Counted from the first letter of the stretch, positions 1-8,686 are shown. The stretch is 64,000 bases of DNA from Atopobium sp. UBA2090 (GCA_002331575.1 DCZG01000050.1:2657-66656), one strand, 5' to 3'. Notes: a model not told the origin generated them from the sequence alone. Numbers and translations: made by a program.

Positions 1-131
1 AGCAGAATCACGGCTACGGTGTGAAGTCGATGCAGCTCATCACCAAGCGCTACGGCGGGTCGCTCACGATGGGCACCGAGGACCAGACCTTCTACCTCAA
101 TATCCTCATCCCGGTCCCCAAGGAGGGATAG
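1..131 (+). CDS. 3' fragment of a GHKL (AgrC/HATPase_c_5-like) sensor histidine kinase; 5' part lies outside the window
   Basis: From nt 3 the frame reads QNHGYGVKSMQLITKRYGGSLTMGTEDQTFYLNILIPVPKEG, with stop TAG at 129-131. The ATP-lid/YGGS tail resembles the C-termini of the complete kinases at 7338 and 12432. Confidence 0.6.
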   Translation, partial: QNHGYGVKSMQLITKRYGGSLTMGTEDQTFYLNILIPVPKEG

Positions 132-133
132 CC

Positions 134-198
134 CCTGCCAAAGGTGCCTGCCTGCCAAAGGTGCCAACGCCCTTTGGCAGCCAAAGGGACACCCTACG
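134..198 (+). repeat. REP-like palindromic element, copy 1 (44-bp core 151-194, GTAG-bearing flank to 198, 15-bp partial tandem duplicate 134-148)
   Basis: cctgccaaaggtgccaacgccctttggcagccaaagggacaccc is the exact reverse complement of 1099-1142 and 8687-8730. It can form two mutually exclusive hairpins (tgccaaagg/cctttggca and ccctttgg/ccaaaggg). Confidence 0.85.
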
Positions 199-219
199 TC
201 CAATCGGCGAACGGGGGTG

Positions 220-966
220 TCAGCTATTCGTCAGGACGGCGCTCAACGTCCATCTGCCAATCCCGGTAAGGCGCTCAATCTGCCTGATGGAGAACCCACA
301 GCTCCAGAGCGAGTGCAGCATCTTGTTCCTCATATCGATGGGAGTGCCCTTGAGCTGGGCAGGATCCACTCCGCCGAGCACGCGCACCGCAATCTCGTGA
401 GCTTCGGATGTCGTGACTCTCTGCCGTCCCTCGAAGGGCATCTCGGGATAGGTCTTGTCTTCGCAGAACCATGAGAACGCGGCTTTTCCGCCGAGAAGGT
501 CCAAGAGCATGGACGTGTCGGTCAGTCTCGGCGTGCCGACGTACTCGTGGTAGCTGCTCCACGGATACTCCTCCGCAGAGAAGCCAAGGTCACGTGGGTT
601 GTTGTGGATGTATCGCGCCGCTCCGAGCAGGTACTCCTCGTCCTCGATGGGGAAGCTTGCGAAGCGGGCCTGGAAGACATGGCCAACATGTCCCGTCCGC
701 TCGTTGAAGTACCGAGCGTAGCTCGACTCCATCCTGCACATGGCATCGCTCAGGAGTCCGTCGGGATCAACCGGCAACAGGTGAACGTGGTTATCCATGA
801 GGCACCATGCGATAAGTTTGATGTGATGAAGCTTGGTCTCACGACCGAGCACCTCAACAAACTCCCCCTTATCCGCATCATTCTCGAAGAGAATCTGCCT
901 GCCGTTTCCTCGCATAACGACGTGATAATAGCCTGACTCTGAGATGCTCCGTGGTGACCTTGGCAT
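220..966 (-). CDS. REP-associated tyrosine transposase (RAYT)-like Y1/HUH transposase with a C-terminal HTH-like tail
   Basis: 248 aa. ATG at 966 follows GGGGGAGGG. HUH motif DNHVHLL and catalytic-Tyr motif ARYIHNNP are present. There is no tnpB partner, and the gene is flanked by inverted REP copies. Confidence 0.85.
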   Translation of the reverse strand: MPRSPRSISESGYYHVVMRGNGRQILFENDADKGEFVEVLGRETKLHHIKLIAWCLMDNHVHLLPVDPDGLLSDAMCRMESSYARYFNERTGHVGHVFQARFASFPIEDEEYLLGAARYIHNNPRDLGFSAEEYPWSSYHEYVGTPRLTDTSMLLDLLGGKAAFSWFCEDKTYPEMPFEGRQRVTTSEAHEIAVRVLGGVDPAQLKGTPIDMRNKMLHSLWSCGFSIRQIERLTGIGRWTLSAVLTNS

Positions 967-1098
967 CCCTCCCCCTTTCGTCTGTGGGAAGGATTGATAG
1001 CACCTCGCCTAGGCATCCAAAATCCGTTTCGGTAGACGGCGGTACTGGCACATGCCCGAAAGACGACAATCTCCGCGTCTTTTGTGACGTCCGTCGGA

Positions 1099-1142
1099 GG
1101 GTGTCCCTTTGGCTGCCAAAGGGCGTTGGCACCTTTGGCAGG
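1099..1142 (-). repeat. REP-like palindromic element, copy 2
   Basis: gggtgtccctttggctgccaaagggcgttggcacctttggcagg is identical to 8687-8730 and the reverse complement of 151-194. The 5' flank reads GGAG where the other copies read GTAG. Confidence 0.85.
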
Positions 1143-1155
1143 CTGAAAGGCAGAC

Positions 1156-1183
1156 GGCCCCGCATCGTTGCTGATGCGGGGCC
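1156..1183 (-). terminator. GC-rich hairpin terminator downstream of GH3 gene 1217-3682
   Basis: Stem ggccccgcatc / gatgcggggcc with a 6-nt loop, 34 nt after the stop. A near-identical hairpin lies at 8740-8767. Confidence 0.6.
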
Positions 1184-1216
1184 GAAGGGGAGGGGGAAGG
1201 GGCTCGATGCTAGTGG

Positions 1217-3682
1217 CTACTCTTTCCAGTCGCCTGGGGTGACCTCGGTATCGGGCTCCGTGAGCGCCTTGGCAGAGTAGGTGGAGACGCGGTCGTCGTC
1301 GATGACGCCGGACCAGTTGAGGCCGAAGCAGAAGTCGTAGGCGTTGCCCTCGGAGTCGGTGTAGGGCGTCACGTCACGCGGAACGTCCTCGTAGCTCGCC
1401 TCGACGGTCTCCATGTTGATGGGCATCTGGAACGGAAGCACGGCGGAGGGCTCGGTCTTGCCTCCGATGATGTTCGCGTAGGCCTTCGACGAGGGGGTGC
1501 CCATGAAGGCGAAGCTCATGAGGACCACGTCACAGAACGGCTCCAGCTCGGAGAACACCATCGGCCTGCCCGCCTCGACGATGGCGACGACCTTGGCGTT
1601 GGGGCACTTCTCCCGCACGGTCTTGACGAGCTCGAGGTCGGAGAGGTTCGTGGCGGCAGAGCTCTTGCCCTTGTAGGAGCGGTTCTCCTTGGTGCCGTCC
1701 GCGAGGATCTCGCCGGCGATCGAGGGATCGCGAGCAGTCGTGGCGGTATAGGGCTCGTACTGCAGCGTGATCGGCAGATACTCGACCGTCGTCAGATCGA
1801 CGCCGCCGAATCCAGAGCCACCGGTGACGCCGTCCTTGGCGTCCTGCGGGTTCTTGATGCGGACGATTGCCCACTCGCAGCCGGCAAGGTCTTCGTCGGA
1901 AGGCATGGCGGCGTCGCTCGCCTGGTAGACCCCGGTGGTCGTCTCGCCCGTGAACGCGTTGGTCGAGGTGCCGGTAGGCTCGCCCACGGTGTCGGTCACG
2001 ACGGTGAAGAGCTCCTTTGCCGCGTCCTCGTCGATGGCCATCTCGAAGTGGGCGGGGTCGGTCGACATGAAGCTGCCCGTGACGAGCTTCTGCGCGATGT
2101 ACGCCTTCGGCTTTCCGGAGACGCCACCCTTGGCGATTGCCTTGCCGGAGTTCTTGAGCATGACCGTCGACTTCTCGGATGCCTCGAGTCCGAACTCCGC
2201 GGCAGCCTCGTCCTCGAGCACGTCCTTGGCAGAGGATCGGTCGGAGTAGGGCTGCTCGAACAGGGAGACGTTCATCATGACGGCAATGATGTGCCGCGCG
2301 GACTCCTGCACCCTCGCGAGCGCCTTGTCATCGCCGAGCTCGCTCTGCATGAGCTTGTAGGCGTCGTCGCCGACCTCCATGTCGAATCCGCCGCCATACT
2401 GGTCGATGCCCGCTTCGATCATCTTCTGATAGCGCTCGGGCTCGGTCAGGTCCGCCACACCGTAGGTCTGGCTCGTGAGAATGCCCCAGTCGGTGGTGAA
2501 CATGCCATCCCAGCCCGCGTTGCGGAGGATGCCGAGGTTGCGCTTGTTGTAGCCCGAGCCGACGTTCTCGCCGTACTTCTCGTCCTCGGAGTAGGCGATG
2601 CCGTAGCAGGGCATGACCGCGGCCATCTGGCCCGTCGTGGAGTCGAGGTTCAGACCGCCGTCAAGGAAGGGGATGAGATGGGCGTCGAAGTTGTCGCCCG
2701 GGAAGACGTTGTACTCACCCGTCTGCGAGTGGTCGTTGCGCCCGCCCTCGGAGCATCCCTCCCCCACGTAGTGCTTCAGCATGGCGGCCACGGAATCGGT
2801 GCCCCAGCCCTTGTCGTCGGTGGCGTCATCGTCTCCCCATGTCGACTGCAGGCCGCCGGCGAATGCCTTGGTGAAGTCGCGGTTGACTGCGGGGTCCTCG
2901 CAGACGGAGCCCGAGAGACGGCAGCCGATGATCTGGGAGTAGACGTCGACCTGGGGCCCGAGCAGGCATCGAACGCCCGTCGCTCGCCAGGCGCGACCAA
3001 GGTACATGCCGGCCTTGCGCCAGACGTCCTTGTCCATGGAAGCGGAGAGGCACACGTTGTCGGGGATGTCATAGAGCTGGTACTGGTCGGTGGAGTTGAG
3101 ATACGGAATGCCGTAGGTGCTCTCCTCGCACATCTGCTGGACCGTGTTGATCCAGGAGATGTCGGAGGCATACGAGTCGAGGTCGGACTGAAGGCGGGAG
3201 ACGCCGGCGCGCGAACCCTTGGTCACGAGGCCGTAGTCGGGGTCTGTCGCGCCCTCTGAGTTGTCGGAGGTTCCGCCGTGCCACATGAGCTGAAGCGCCT
3301 CGTCGGAGGTGAGCAGGGCGGCGAGAGACGCGGCGCGGTCTGCCACCGGCTGGCGCCAGTCCTCGTAGAAGTCAAGCTTGCCGTCGCCGTTCATGTCCTT
3401 GAAGGCAAGGCCGTCGACCTGGATGATCTTCGAGGCATCCATGACGCCGAGCGTGGCGCCGCCATCCTGGGTGACCTTGGTCCAGCCGTCGCGGGTCTCC
3501 TCGGAGGTCCACTTGGCCGTGACGTCATCACCGTCCGGATCGATCGGGTACTTGTCAGCAGACGGCAGGCTGCTGGTGCTGGTACCGGCTCCCGTACTGG
3601 TCCCGCAGGCGGCGAGGCCCATGAGACCTGCCGTCGCAGCGGAACCGAGCAGGAAGTTCCTGCGAGAAACGCTTCCGTTCAT
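1217..3682 (-). CDS. Glycoside hydrolase family 3 (beta-glucosidase-like) Tat-exported lipoprotein, paralogue 1
   Basis: ATG at 3682 (13th codon of ORF 1217..3718) follows AAAGGAGAAG. Tat motif SRRNFL and lipobox LAAC-G are present. The GH3 catalytic domain (GWDGMFTTDW region) is followed by a sandwich domain. Clear paralogue of 3971..6403. Also carries an EF-hand-like DMNGDGKLD loop. Confidence 0.9.
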   Translation of the reverse strand: MNGSVSRRNFLLGSAATAGLMGLAACGTSTGAGTSTSSLPSADKYPIDPDGDDVTAKWTSEETRDGWTKVTQDGGATLGVMDASKIIQVDGLAFKDMNGDGKLDFYEDWRQPVADRAASLAALLTSDEALQLMWHGGTSDNSEGATDPDYGLVTKGSRAGVSRLQSDLDSYASDISWINTVQQMCEESTYGIPYLNSTDQYQLYDIPDNVCLSASMDKDVWRKAGMYLGRAWRATGVRCLLGPQVDVYSQIIGCRLSGSVCEDPAVNRDFTKAFAGGLQSTWGDDDATDDKGWGTDSVAAMLKHYVGEGCSEGGRNDHSQTGEYNVFPGDNFDAHLIPFLDGGLNLDSTTGQMAAVMPCYGIAYSEDEKYGENVGSGYNKRNLGILRNAGWDGMFTTDWGILTSQTYGVADLTEPERYQKMIEAGIDQYGGGFDMEVGDDAYKLMQSELGDDKALARVQESARHIIAVMMNVSLFEQPYSDRSSAKDVLEDEAAAEFGLEASEKSTVMLKNSGKAIAKGGVSGKPKAYIAQKLVTGSFMSTDPAHFEMAIDEDAAKELFTVVTDTVGEPTGTSTNAFTGETTTGVYQASDAAMPSDEDLAGCEWAIVRIKNPQDAKDGVTGGSGFGGVDLTTVEYLPITLQYEPYTATTARDPSIAGEILADGTKENRSYKGKSSAATNLSDLELVKTVREKCPNAKVVAIVEAGRPMVFSELEPFCDVVLMSFAFMGTPSSKAYANIIGGKTEPSAVLPFQMPINMETVEASYEDVPRDVTPYTDSEGNAYDFCFGLNWSGVIDDDRVSTYSAKALTEPDTEVTPGDWKE

Positions 3683-3705
3683 GTTCTTCTCCTTTGTATC
3701 CCCCT

Positions 3706-3731
3706 GTCTGCAGGCCATCCTGCCTGCAGAC
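3706..3731 (-). promoter_or_regulatory. Conserved 5'-UTR hairpin upstream of GH3 paralogue 1
   Basis: gtctgcagg-N8-cctgcagac lies 24-49 nt upstream of the ATG. The same position and length are found at 6427-6452, with one compensatory base-pair change. Confidence 0.45.
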
Positions 3732-3781
3732 CTCTACTGACTGGCATCTTCTGGCCTGGCGAGAAGAGCGCGCGTTTTCGA

Positions 3782-3810
3782 ACGCAAGAGGTTCCAGGAA
3801 ACACGCAAGA
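3782..3810 (-). promoter_or_regulatory. Direct repeats with 21-bp phasing; candidate LytTR regulator site upstream of GH3 paralogue 1
   Basis: acgcaaga occurs at 3782-3789 and 3803-3810, 100-128 nt upstream of the ATG. The same offset and phasing occur at 6503-6531. Confidence 0.45.
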
Positions 3811-3908
3811 TGCTGAAAGTGTCTCTGGACGGCGCTCGCGACGGACGCCCGTTCGCCCGTCTCGCCGTCGCTCTGGAGCCCTCGCGCGCAAAGCGTCTCT
3901 CGACAATC

Positions 3909-3936
3909 GGCCCCACACCGTTACCGGTGCAGGGCC
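3909..3936 (-). terminator. Imperfect GC-rich hairpin downstream of GH3 paralogue 2
   Basis: ggccccacaccg-ttac-cggtgcagggcc lies 35 nt after the stop at 3971 and is homologous in position to 1156-1183. Confidence 0.45.
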
Positions 3937-3970
3937 GAAGAGGAGGGGGAAGGGGGCTGGCTAAGGGCGG

Positions 3971-6403
3971 CTATTCGACCCAGTCGCCTGGGGTGACCTC
4001 GGTCTCAGGCTGGGTGAGCGCCTTGGCGGAGTAGGTGGAGACGCGGTCGTCGTCGATGACGCCGGACCAGTTGAGGCCGAAGCAGAAGTCGTAGGTATTG
4101 CCCTCGGAGTCGGTGTAGCACGCGAGGTCGCGCGGGACGTCCTCGTCCTGAGCCTCGACCGTCTCCATGTTGATGGGCATCTGGCAGGGGAGAAGACCGC
4201 TGGGCTCGACCTCGCCGGAGAGGATGCGACCGTACGCGGGACCGAACGCGCGGCCGGAGCTCGCCCAGCTCCACAGGATGACGTCGGCGTAGGGCTCGAT
4301 CTCGTGGAAGCACTGCGCGTTGTTGGTGGCCTCCACGATGAGGATGATCTTGCCGGTGGGCATGGCGGCACGAAGTGCGATGAGCGCGTCGAGGTCGGAC
4401 TCGTTGCTTGCGGTGATGGACTTGCCGCGGTAGCTGCGGTTCTCCTTCACGCCATTGACGATGTCTCCCGCAAGGGAGGGGTCACGGGCGGTCGTCGCGG
4501 TGTACGGACGATACTGGAGCGAGATGGGCAGGTACTTCTGGTCGTCGGGAACGGGGTCCTTGGAGAACATCGAGCCGCCCTCGCCCGCTCCGGTGTCGGG
4601 GCTCGCGATCTTGAAGATTGCGTACTCGCAGCCGGCAAGCTCGTCGGCGGTGAGGCTGGTCACGGTCGTTCCGTCATCGGGATCCGTGACGACGTCGAAG
4701 ACGTCGCTCACGTACTGCTCGTCCACGACCATCGAGATGGTCGGGTCGGCGCTGCCGCCCATCATGACGGCGAATGCGTTGGCCTGCTCGACCTTCTTGG
4801 GGATGTAGCACTTGGGCTTGCCCGTGATGCCACCCTTGGCAATGATCTTGCCGGCGTTCTTGAGCATGACGATCGACTTGTTGGACGCCTCCTGGCCGAA
4901 CTCCGCGGCAGCCTCGTCCTCGAGAACCTCCTTGCAATGCTCGCGGTCGCAATAGGGCTGGTCGAAGAGCTGGACCTGGTTCATGACCGTGAAGATGCGA
5001 CGGGCAGAGTCCTGCAGACGGGTGAGCGCGGCGTCCTCGCCGTAGTCGCTCTCGTAGAGCTTGTAGCCGGCCTTGGCGATGTCGAGCGCCCAGTCTCCGC
5101 CGATCTGATCGACGGTTGCCTCCAGCAGCTTCTCGAAGCGCTCGTCCTCGGTCATGTCCTTGACGCCGTGGGCGCGATCGCCGTAATCGGTTGCGCGCAG
5201 GATCTGCCAGTCGGTGGTGATCATGCCGTCCCAGCCGGCGTTGCGCAGGATGCCGATGTTGCGCGCGTTGTAGGCGCCGCCCCAGAGCGGACCGTACTCC
5301 TCGTCCTCGGAGTAGGCGATACCGTAGTTGGGCATCACTGCCGCCATCTCGCCGGTCTTGGAGTCGAGCTTCATGCCGCCGTCGAGGAACGGGATGAGAT
5401 GCGCGTTGAAGTTGTTGCCGGGGAAGACGTCGAACTTGCCTGCGTCGTTATGGTCGTTGCGGCCGCCCTCGACGGCGCCACCACCGACGAAGTGCTTGAG
5501 CATGCAGGCGACGGAATCCTCGCCCCAGCTCTGGTCGTCGGTGAGGTCATCGTCGCCCCAGGTGGACTGCATGCCGCCCGCGTACTTCTGGGTGAGGTCG
5601 CGGTTTGTGGCGGGGTCCTCGCACATGGACCCGCCCAGACGCGTGTAGATGACGTTGGAGCCGATGTCCACCTGCGGCCCGAGGTCGACGCGGAAGCCCG
5701 CGGAGCGCCAGGCGCGACCGATGTAGTGGCCGGACTTCTTCCAGACGTCGGGGTCGAAGGTCGAGGTCAGGCAGTGGGGATCGGGGATGTCATAGAGCTG
5801 ATAGGGGTCGGTGGAGTTCATGTAGGGGATGCCGTGCTTGTCGTTCTCCTCGCACCATTCCTGGATGGCGTTGACCCAGGCGATGTCGGTGGCATAGGAG
5901 TCGATGTCGGAGTTCGCACGGGAGACGCCCGCGCGCATGCCGTCGGTGAGGATGGTCACGGAGTCGTCGTCGAGCGGCGTCGCCATGCTCGTGAAGCCGT
6001 TGTGCCACATGAGCGGAAGAATCTCGTCGGCGGTGAGCGTGGACGCGAGGGCGGCGGCACGGTCGGCGGGCGTCTGGCGCCAGTCCTCGAAGAGGTCGAG
6101 CTTGCCGTCGCCGTTTGAGTCCTTGAAGGCGAGGCCGTCTACCTGGATGATCTTGTCCTCGCTCATGACGCCGAGCGTGGCGCCACCATCGGGGTTGGTC
6201 ACGCGAGTCCAGCCGTCGCGGGTCTCCTCGGAGGTCCACTTGGCCTTGACGTCGTCGCCGTCCGGATCGATCGGGTACTTGTCGGCAGCCGGAGCGCTGC
6301 TGGTGCTGGTTCCCGTGCCGGTCCCACAGGCGGCGAGGCCCATGAGGCCTGCCGTCGCGGCGGAGCCGAGCAGGAAGTTCCTGCGAGAAACGCTTGCGTT
6401 CAT
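3971..6403 (-). CDS. Glycoside hydrolase family 3 Tat-exported lipoprotein, paralogue 2
   Basis: 810 aa starting MNASVSRRNFLLGSAATAGLMGLAACG (Tat motif plus lipobox). GH3 motifs include GWDGMITTDW. In tandem with 1217..3682. Confidence 0.92.
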   Translation of the reverse strand: MNASVSRRNFLLGSAATAGLMGLAACGTGTGTSTSSAPAADKYPIDPDGDDVKAKWTSEETRDGWTRVTNPDGGATLGVMSEDKIIQVDGLAFKDSNGDGKLDLFEDWRQTPADRAAALASTLTADEILPLMWHNGFTSMATPLDDDSVTILTDGMRAGVSRANSDIDSYATDIAWVNAIQEWCEENDKHGIPYMNSTDPYQLYDIPDPHCLTSTFDPDVWKKSGHYIGRAWRSAGFRVDLGPQVDIGSNVIYTRLGGSMCEDPATNRDLTQKYAGGMQSTWGDDDLTDDQSWGEDSVACMLKHFVGGGAVEGGRNDHNDAGKFDVFPGNNFNAHLIPFLDGGMKLDSKTGEMAAVMPNYGIAYSEDEEYGPLWGGAYNARNIGILRNAGWDGMITTDWQILRATDYGDRAHGVKDMTEDERFEKLLEATVDQIGGDWALDIAKAGYKLYESDYGEDAALTRLQDSARRIFTVMNQVQLFDQPYCDREHCKEVLEDEAAAEFGQEASNKSIVMLKNAGKIIAKGGITGKPKCYIPKKVEQANAFAVMMGGSADPTISMVVDEQYVSDVFDVVTDPDDGTTVTSLTADELAGCEYAIFKIASPDTGAGEGGSMFSKDPVPDDQKYLPISLQYRPYTATTARDPSLAGDIVNGVKENRSYRGKSITASNESDLDALIALRAAMPTGKIILIVEATNNAQCFHEIEPYADVILWSWASSGRAFGPAYGRILSGEVEPSGLLPCQMPINMETVEAQDEDVPRDLACYTDSEGNTYDFCFGLNWSGVIDDDRVSTYSAKALTQPETEVTPGDWVE

Positions 6404-6426
6404 GTCTTCTCCTTTGTATCCCCCTT

Positions 6427-6452
6427 GTCCGCCGGCCTTCCTGCCTGCGGAC
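6427..6452 (-). promoter_or_regulatory. Conserved 5'-UTR hairpin upstream of GH3 paralogue 2
   Basis: gtccgc...gcggac lies at the same offset from the ATG as 3706-3731. Confidence 0.4.
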
Positions 6453-6502
6453 CTCTGCTAGCCTGCATCTTCCTGCCCGGCGCGCCGCGAGCCCGGAATC
6501 GA

Positions 6503-6531
6503 GCGCGAGAGGTTCAGACTGCCGCGCAAGA
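6503..6531 (-). promoter_or_regulatory. Direct repeats with 21-bp phasing; candidate LytTR regulator site in the GH3 / regulator divergent region
   Basis: gcgcgaga at 6503-6510 and gcgcaaga at 6524-6531, 100-128 nt upstream of GH3 ATG 6403. Confidence 0.45.
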
Positions 6532-6571
6532 TGTCGAAAGCGTCTCTGGGTGGCGTTCGCGGCGGACGCCC

Positions 6572-6599
6572 CTTGCCCGTCTCGCCGTCGCGATACAAT
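6572..6599 (+). promoter_or_regulatory. Possible sigma-70-type promoter for the regulator-kinase operon
   Basis: TACAAT at 6594-6599 lies 26 nt upstream of ATG 6625. CTTGCC/TTGCCC at 6572-6578 gives a 15-16 nt spacer. Confidence 0.3.
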
Positions 6600-6624
6600 C
6601 CCCTCAACCCGCAGAGGAGACGCC

Positions 6625-7338
6625 ATGTACAAGCTGCTGATGATTGAGGACGATGCCGTGGAGGCCGACGTTCTTCGCGAGCATGCGCGCCGCTACGCCG
6701 AGGAGCGAGGCGAGGAGTTCTCCGTCACCTGGTATCGGAGCGCTCTCGAGCTCACGGGGGGCGAGCAGCCCTTCGACCTCATCTTCATGGACATCGACAT
6801 GCCCGGCATCAATGGCATGGAGGCTGCGGAGCTCTTGCGGACCTACGACACCGAGACGCCCCTCATCTTCGTGACCAACCTCGCGCAGTACGCGGTGCGG
6901 GGATACGAGGTGCAGGCCATCGACTTCATGGTCAAGCCCGTCACCTATGGCAGCTTTCGGCTGCGCATGAACAAGGCGATGCGCTACGTGGCGCGTGGGT
7001 CTCAGGAGAGTCTCGCCGTGCAGGTCTCCCGCGAGGAGACGCGCGTCATCTCGCTCTCCTCCATCGCGGCGGTCGAGGTCACCAACCATGACCTCACCTA
7101 CCACCTCGACGGCGGCGAGAACCTCGCGGTGCACGGATCGCTCAGCGCGATAGCGGAACGTCTTCTCGCCGCCGGCTTTGTCCGGGTGTCCAAGAGCTGC
7201 ATGGTGAGCATGGGCCACATTCGTGCGTTTCGCGGCGACGCCGTGACCCTACGGGACGGCTCGCAGTATCCCATGAGCCGCTCCATGAAGCGGGAGGCCG
7301 TCGGAACCATCACCCGCTACCTCGGAGGAAGCATCTGA
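6625..7338 (+). CDS. LytR/AlgR-family response regulator (receiver + LytTR DNA-binding domain)
   Basis: ATG at 6625 follows GAGGAGA. The receiver domain reads MIEDD...DLIFMDIDMPGINGME, and the C-terminal LytTR-like half reads ...FVRVSKSCMVSM.... The stop overlaps the kinase start (TGATG). Confidence 0.88.
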   Translation: MYKLLMIEDDAVEADVLREHARRYAEERGEEFSVTWYRSALELTGGEQPFDLIFMDIDMPGINGMEAAELLRTYDTETPLIFVTNLAQYAVRGYEVQAIDFMVKPVTYGSFRLRMNKAMRYVARGSQESLAVQVSREETRVISLSSIAAVEVTNHDLTYHLDGGENLAVHGSLSAIAERLLAAGFVRVSKSCMVSMGHIRAFRGDAVTLRDGSQYPMSRSMKREAVGTITRYLGGSI

Positions 7339-8639
7339 TGTCTGGCCTCGGAACCATCAACTCTGTCGCCTCGATGGTGCGCCTTGTGCTCGCGGTCTGG
7401 CTCTTCGCGCGCATGCTGCCCCGACGAGAGCCCTTCGCCGGGCTCTCTGCTGCCGTGCTTGCGGGCGTGGCCTCACTCGCGACCGCTGCCGTTCTTCTCG
7501 GCTTCTCGATCTTCCCCACCATCGAAGGCGACAGCAGTTTCCTCATCGCCATCCTGCAGTTCGTCGCAGTTCTCGGTGCCGCGGTCGTTCTTCTCATGAT
7601 TCCCTATGACGTTTCAATCTGGACGTCGCTCTTCTGCTGCTCGGCGGGATACGCGCTCCAGAGCCTCGCAGGCGGTCTCGACCGCCTGGCAACTGACGTG
7701 CTCTCGTCTGCCGCCGGACACGTCCTCGCGTCCGTCGAGTTCACCATCGCAGTTGAGATATCCGTTACCCTCGTGTCGTTCGGCCTCTGCTACCTGGTGC
7801 TCGTTCGTAAACTCGAGGCAAACCGTCTCGTCGCCATCGAGGACCGCTCGATGCTTCTGATGATTGCGGCGGTCGTCCTCTTTGACATCGTGTTCGACCT
7901 CGTGGTCCGCGACCTCGGAGTCTACGACATACCCCGCAGCTACTTCCGCATCCTCTGCGTGGTGCACGTCGTCGCCTGCGTCTTCACCCTCGCCATGGAG
8001 TTCGAGATTCTCTACAACCGGCACATGGAGCTCGAGGTCAGCGCCATCACGCAGATGCGCACCATGGAGCGCCAGCAGTACGAAATCTCGCGCGAGACCA
8101 TCAGCGCCATCAACGCCCGCTGCCATCAGATTCGTCACCAGATCTTCCGCCTGGCGCACGAGTCAGGCGTCTCGGACGCGCTCGACCCCGACGCGCTCGC
8201 GATCATCGCGCGCGAGGTGAGCATCTACGACTCCACGATCAAGACCGGCAACGATGCGCTGGACACGATCCTCTCCGAGAAGGGCCTGGTCTGCACGAAC
8301 GAGGGCATCACGTTGAGCTGCATCGCGGACGGTCCCTCGCTCCGCTTCATGCCGCCGACCGACATCTACGCGATCTTCGGAACCGCCCTCGACGATGCGA
8401 TCTCTTCCGTGAGACCGATTGGCGACGTGGAACGCAGGGCGATCTCGCTCGTCGTGAGGTGCGTGGGCGACATGGTGACCGCCCACCTGGAGTACTACTC
8501 GGACGGCTCCGAGCAGCCACATGACGGCATCGGCGACAAGACGCTCCGCTCGATCGTCGCAGGGTACGGCGGGTCTATACAGACGAGCGCCGACGACGAT
8601 GCCCGTCAGCTCGACATCGTGATGCCCGTCGCGCAGTAG
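7338..8639 (+). CDS. AgrC-like multi-TM sensor histidine kinase (GHKL ATPase)
   Basis: 433 aa. The N-terminal half is hydrophobic with about 6 helices. H-box-like INARCHQIRHQI. The C-terminal ATPase ends GYGGSIQTS. Translationally coupled to the regulator. Confidence 0.85.
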   Translation: MSGLGTINSVASMVRLVLAVWLFARMLPRREPFAGLSAAVLAGVASLATAAVLLGFSIFPTIEGDSSFLIAILQFVAVLGAAVVLLMIPYDVSIWTSLFCCSAGYALQSLAGGLDRLATDVLSSAAGHVLASVEFTIAVEISVTLVSFGLCYLVLVRKLEANRLVAIEDRSMLLMIAAVVLFDIVFDLVVRDLGVYDIPRSYFRILCVVHVVACVFTLAMEFEILYNRHMELEVSAITQMRTMERQQYEISRETISAINARCHQIRHQIFRLAHESGVSDALDPDALAIIAREVSIYDSTIKTGNDALDTILSEKGLVCTNEGITLSCIADGPSLRFMPPTDIYAIFGTALDDAISSVRPIGDVERRAISLVVRCVGDMVTAHLEYYSDGSEQPHDGIGDKTLRSIVAGYGGSIQTSADDDARQLDIVMPVAQ

Positions 8640-8686
8640 GCCGCATGCCGTCGAGGGGCTCCGCTCGGCCAACGGAATTCGTCGTA

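Larger units (their letters stand above)
134..1142. mobile_element. REPtron-like unit: RAYT gene bracketed by two inverted REP-like elements
   Basis: Identical 44-bp elements lie in opposite orientation at 151-194 and 1099-1142 around CDS 220-966. Confidence 0.6.

Noticed and set aside
6404-6624. AgrB/AgrD-like or other signalling-peptide ORFs near the AgrC-like kinases. The gaps 11549-11721 and 13719-13779 were also checked.
   Set aside because: No small ORF with an SD and a plausible leader or hydrophobic peptide was found in these short intergenic regions.
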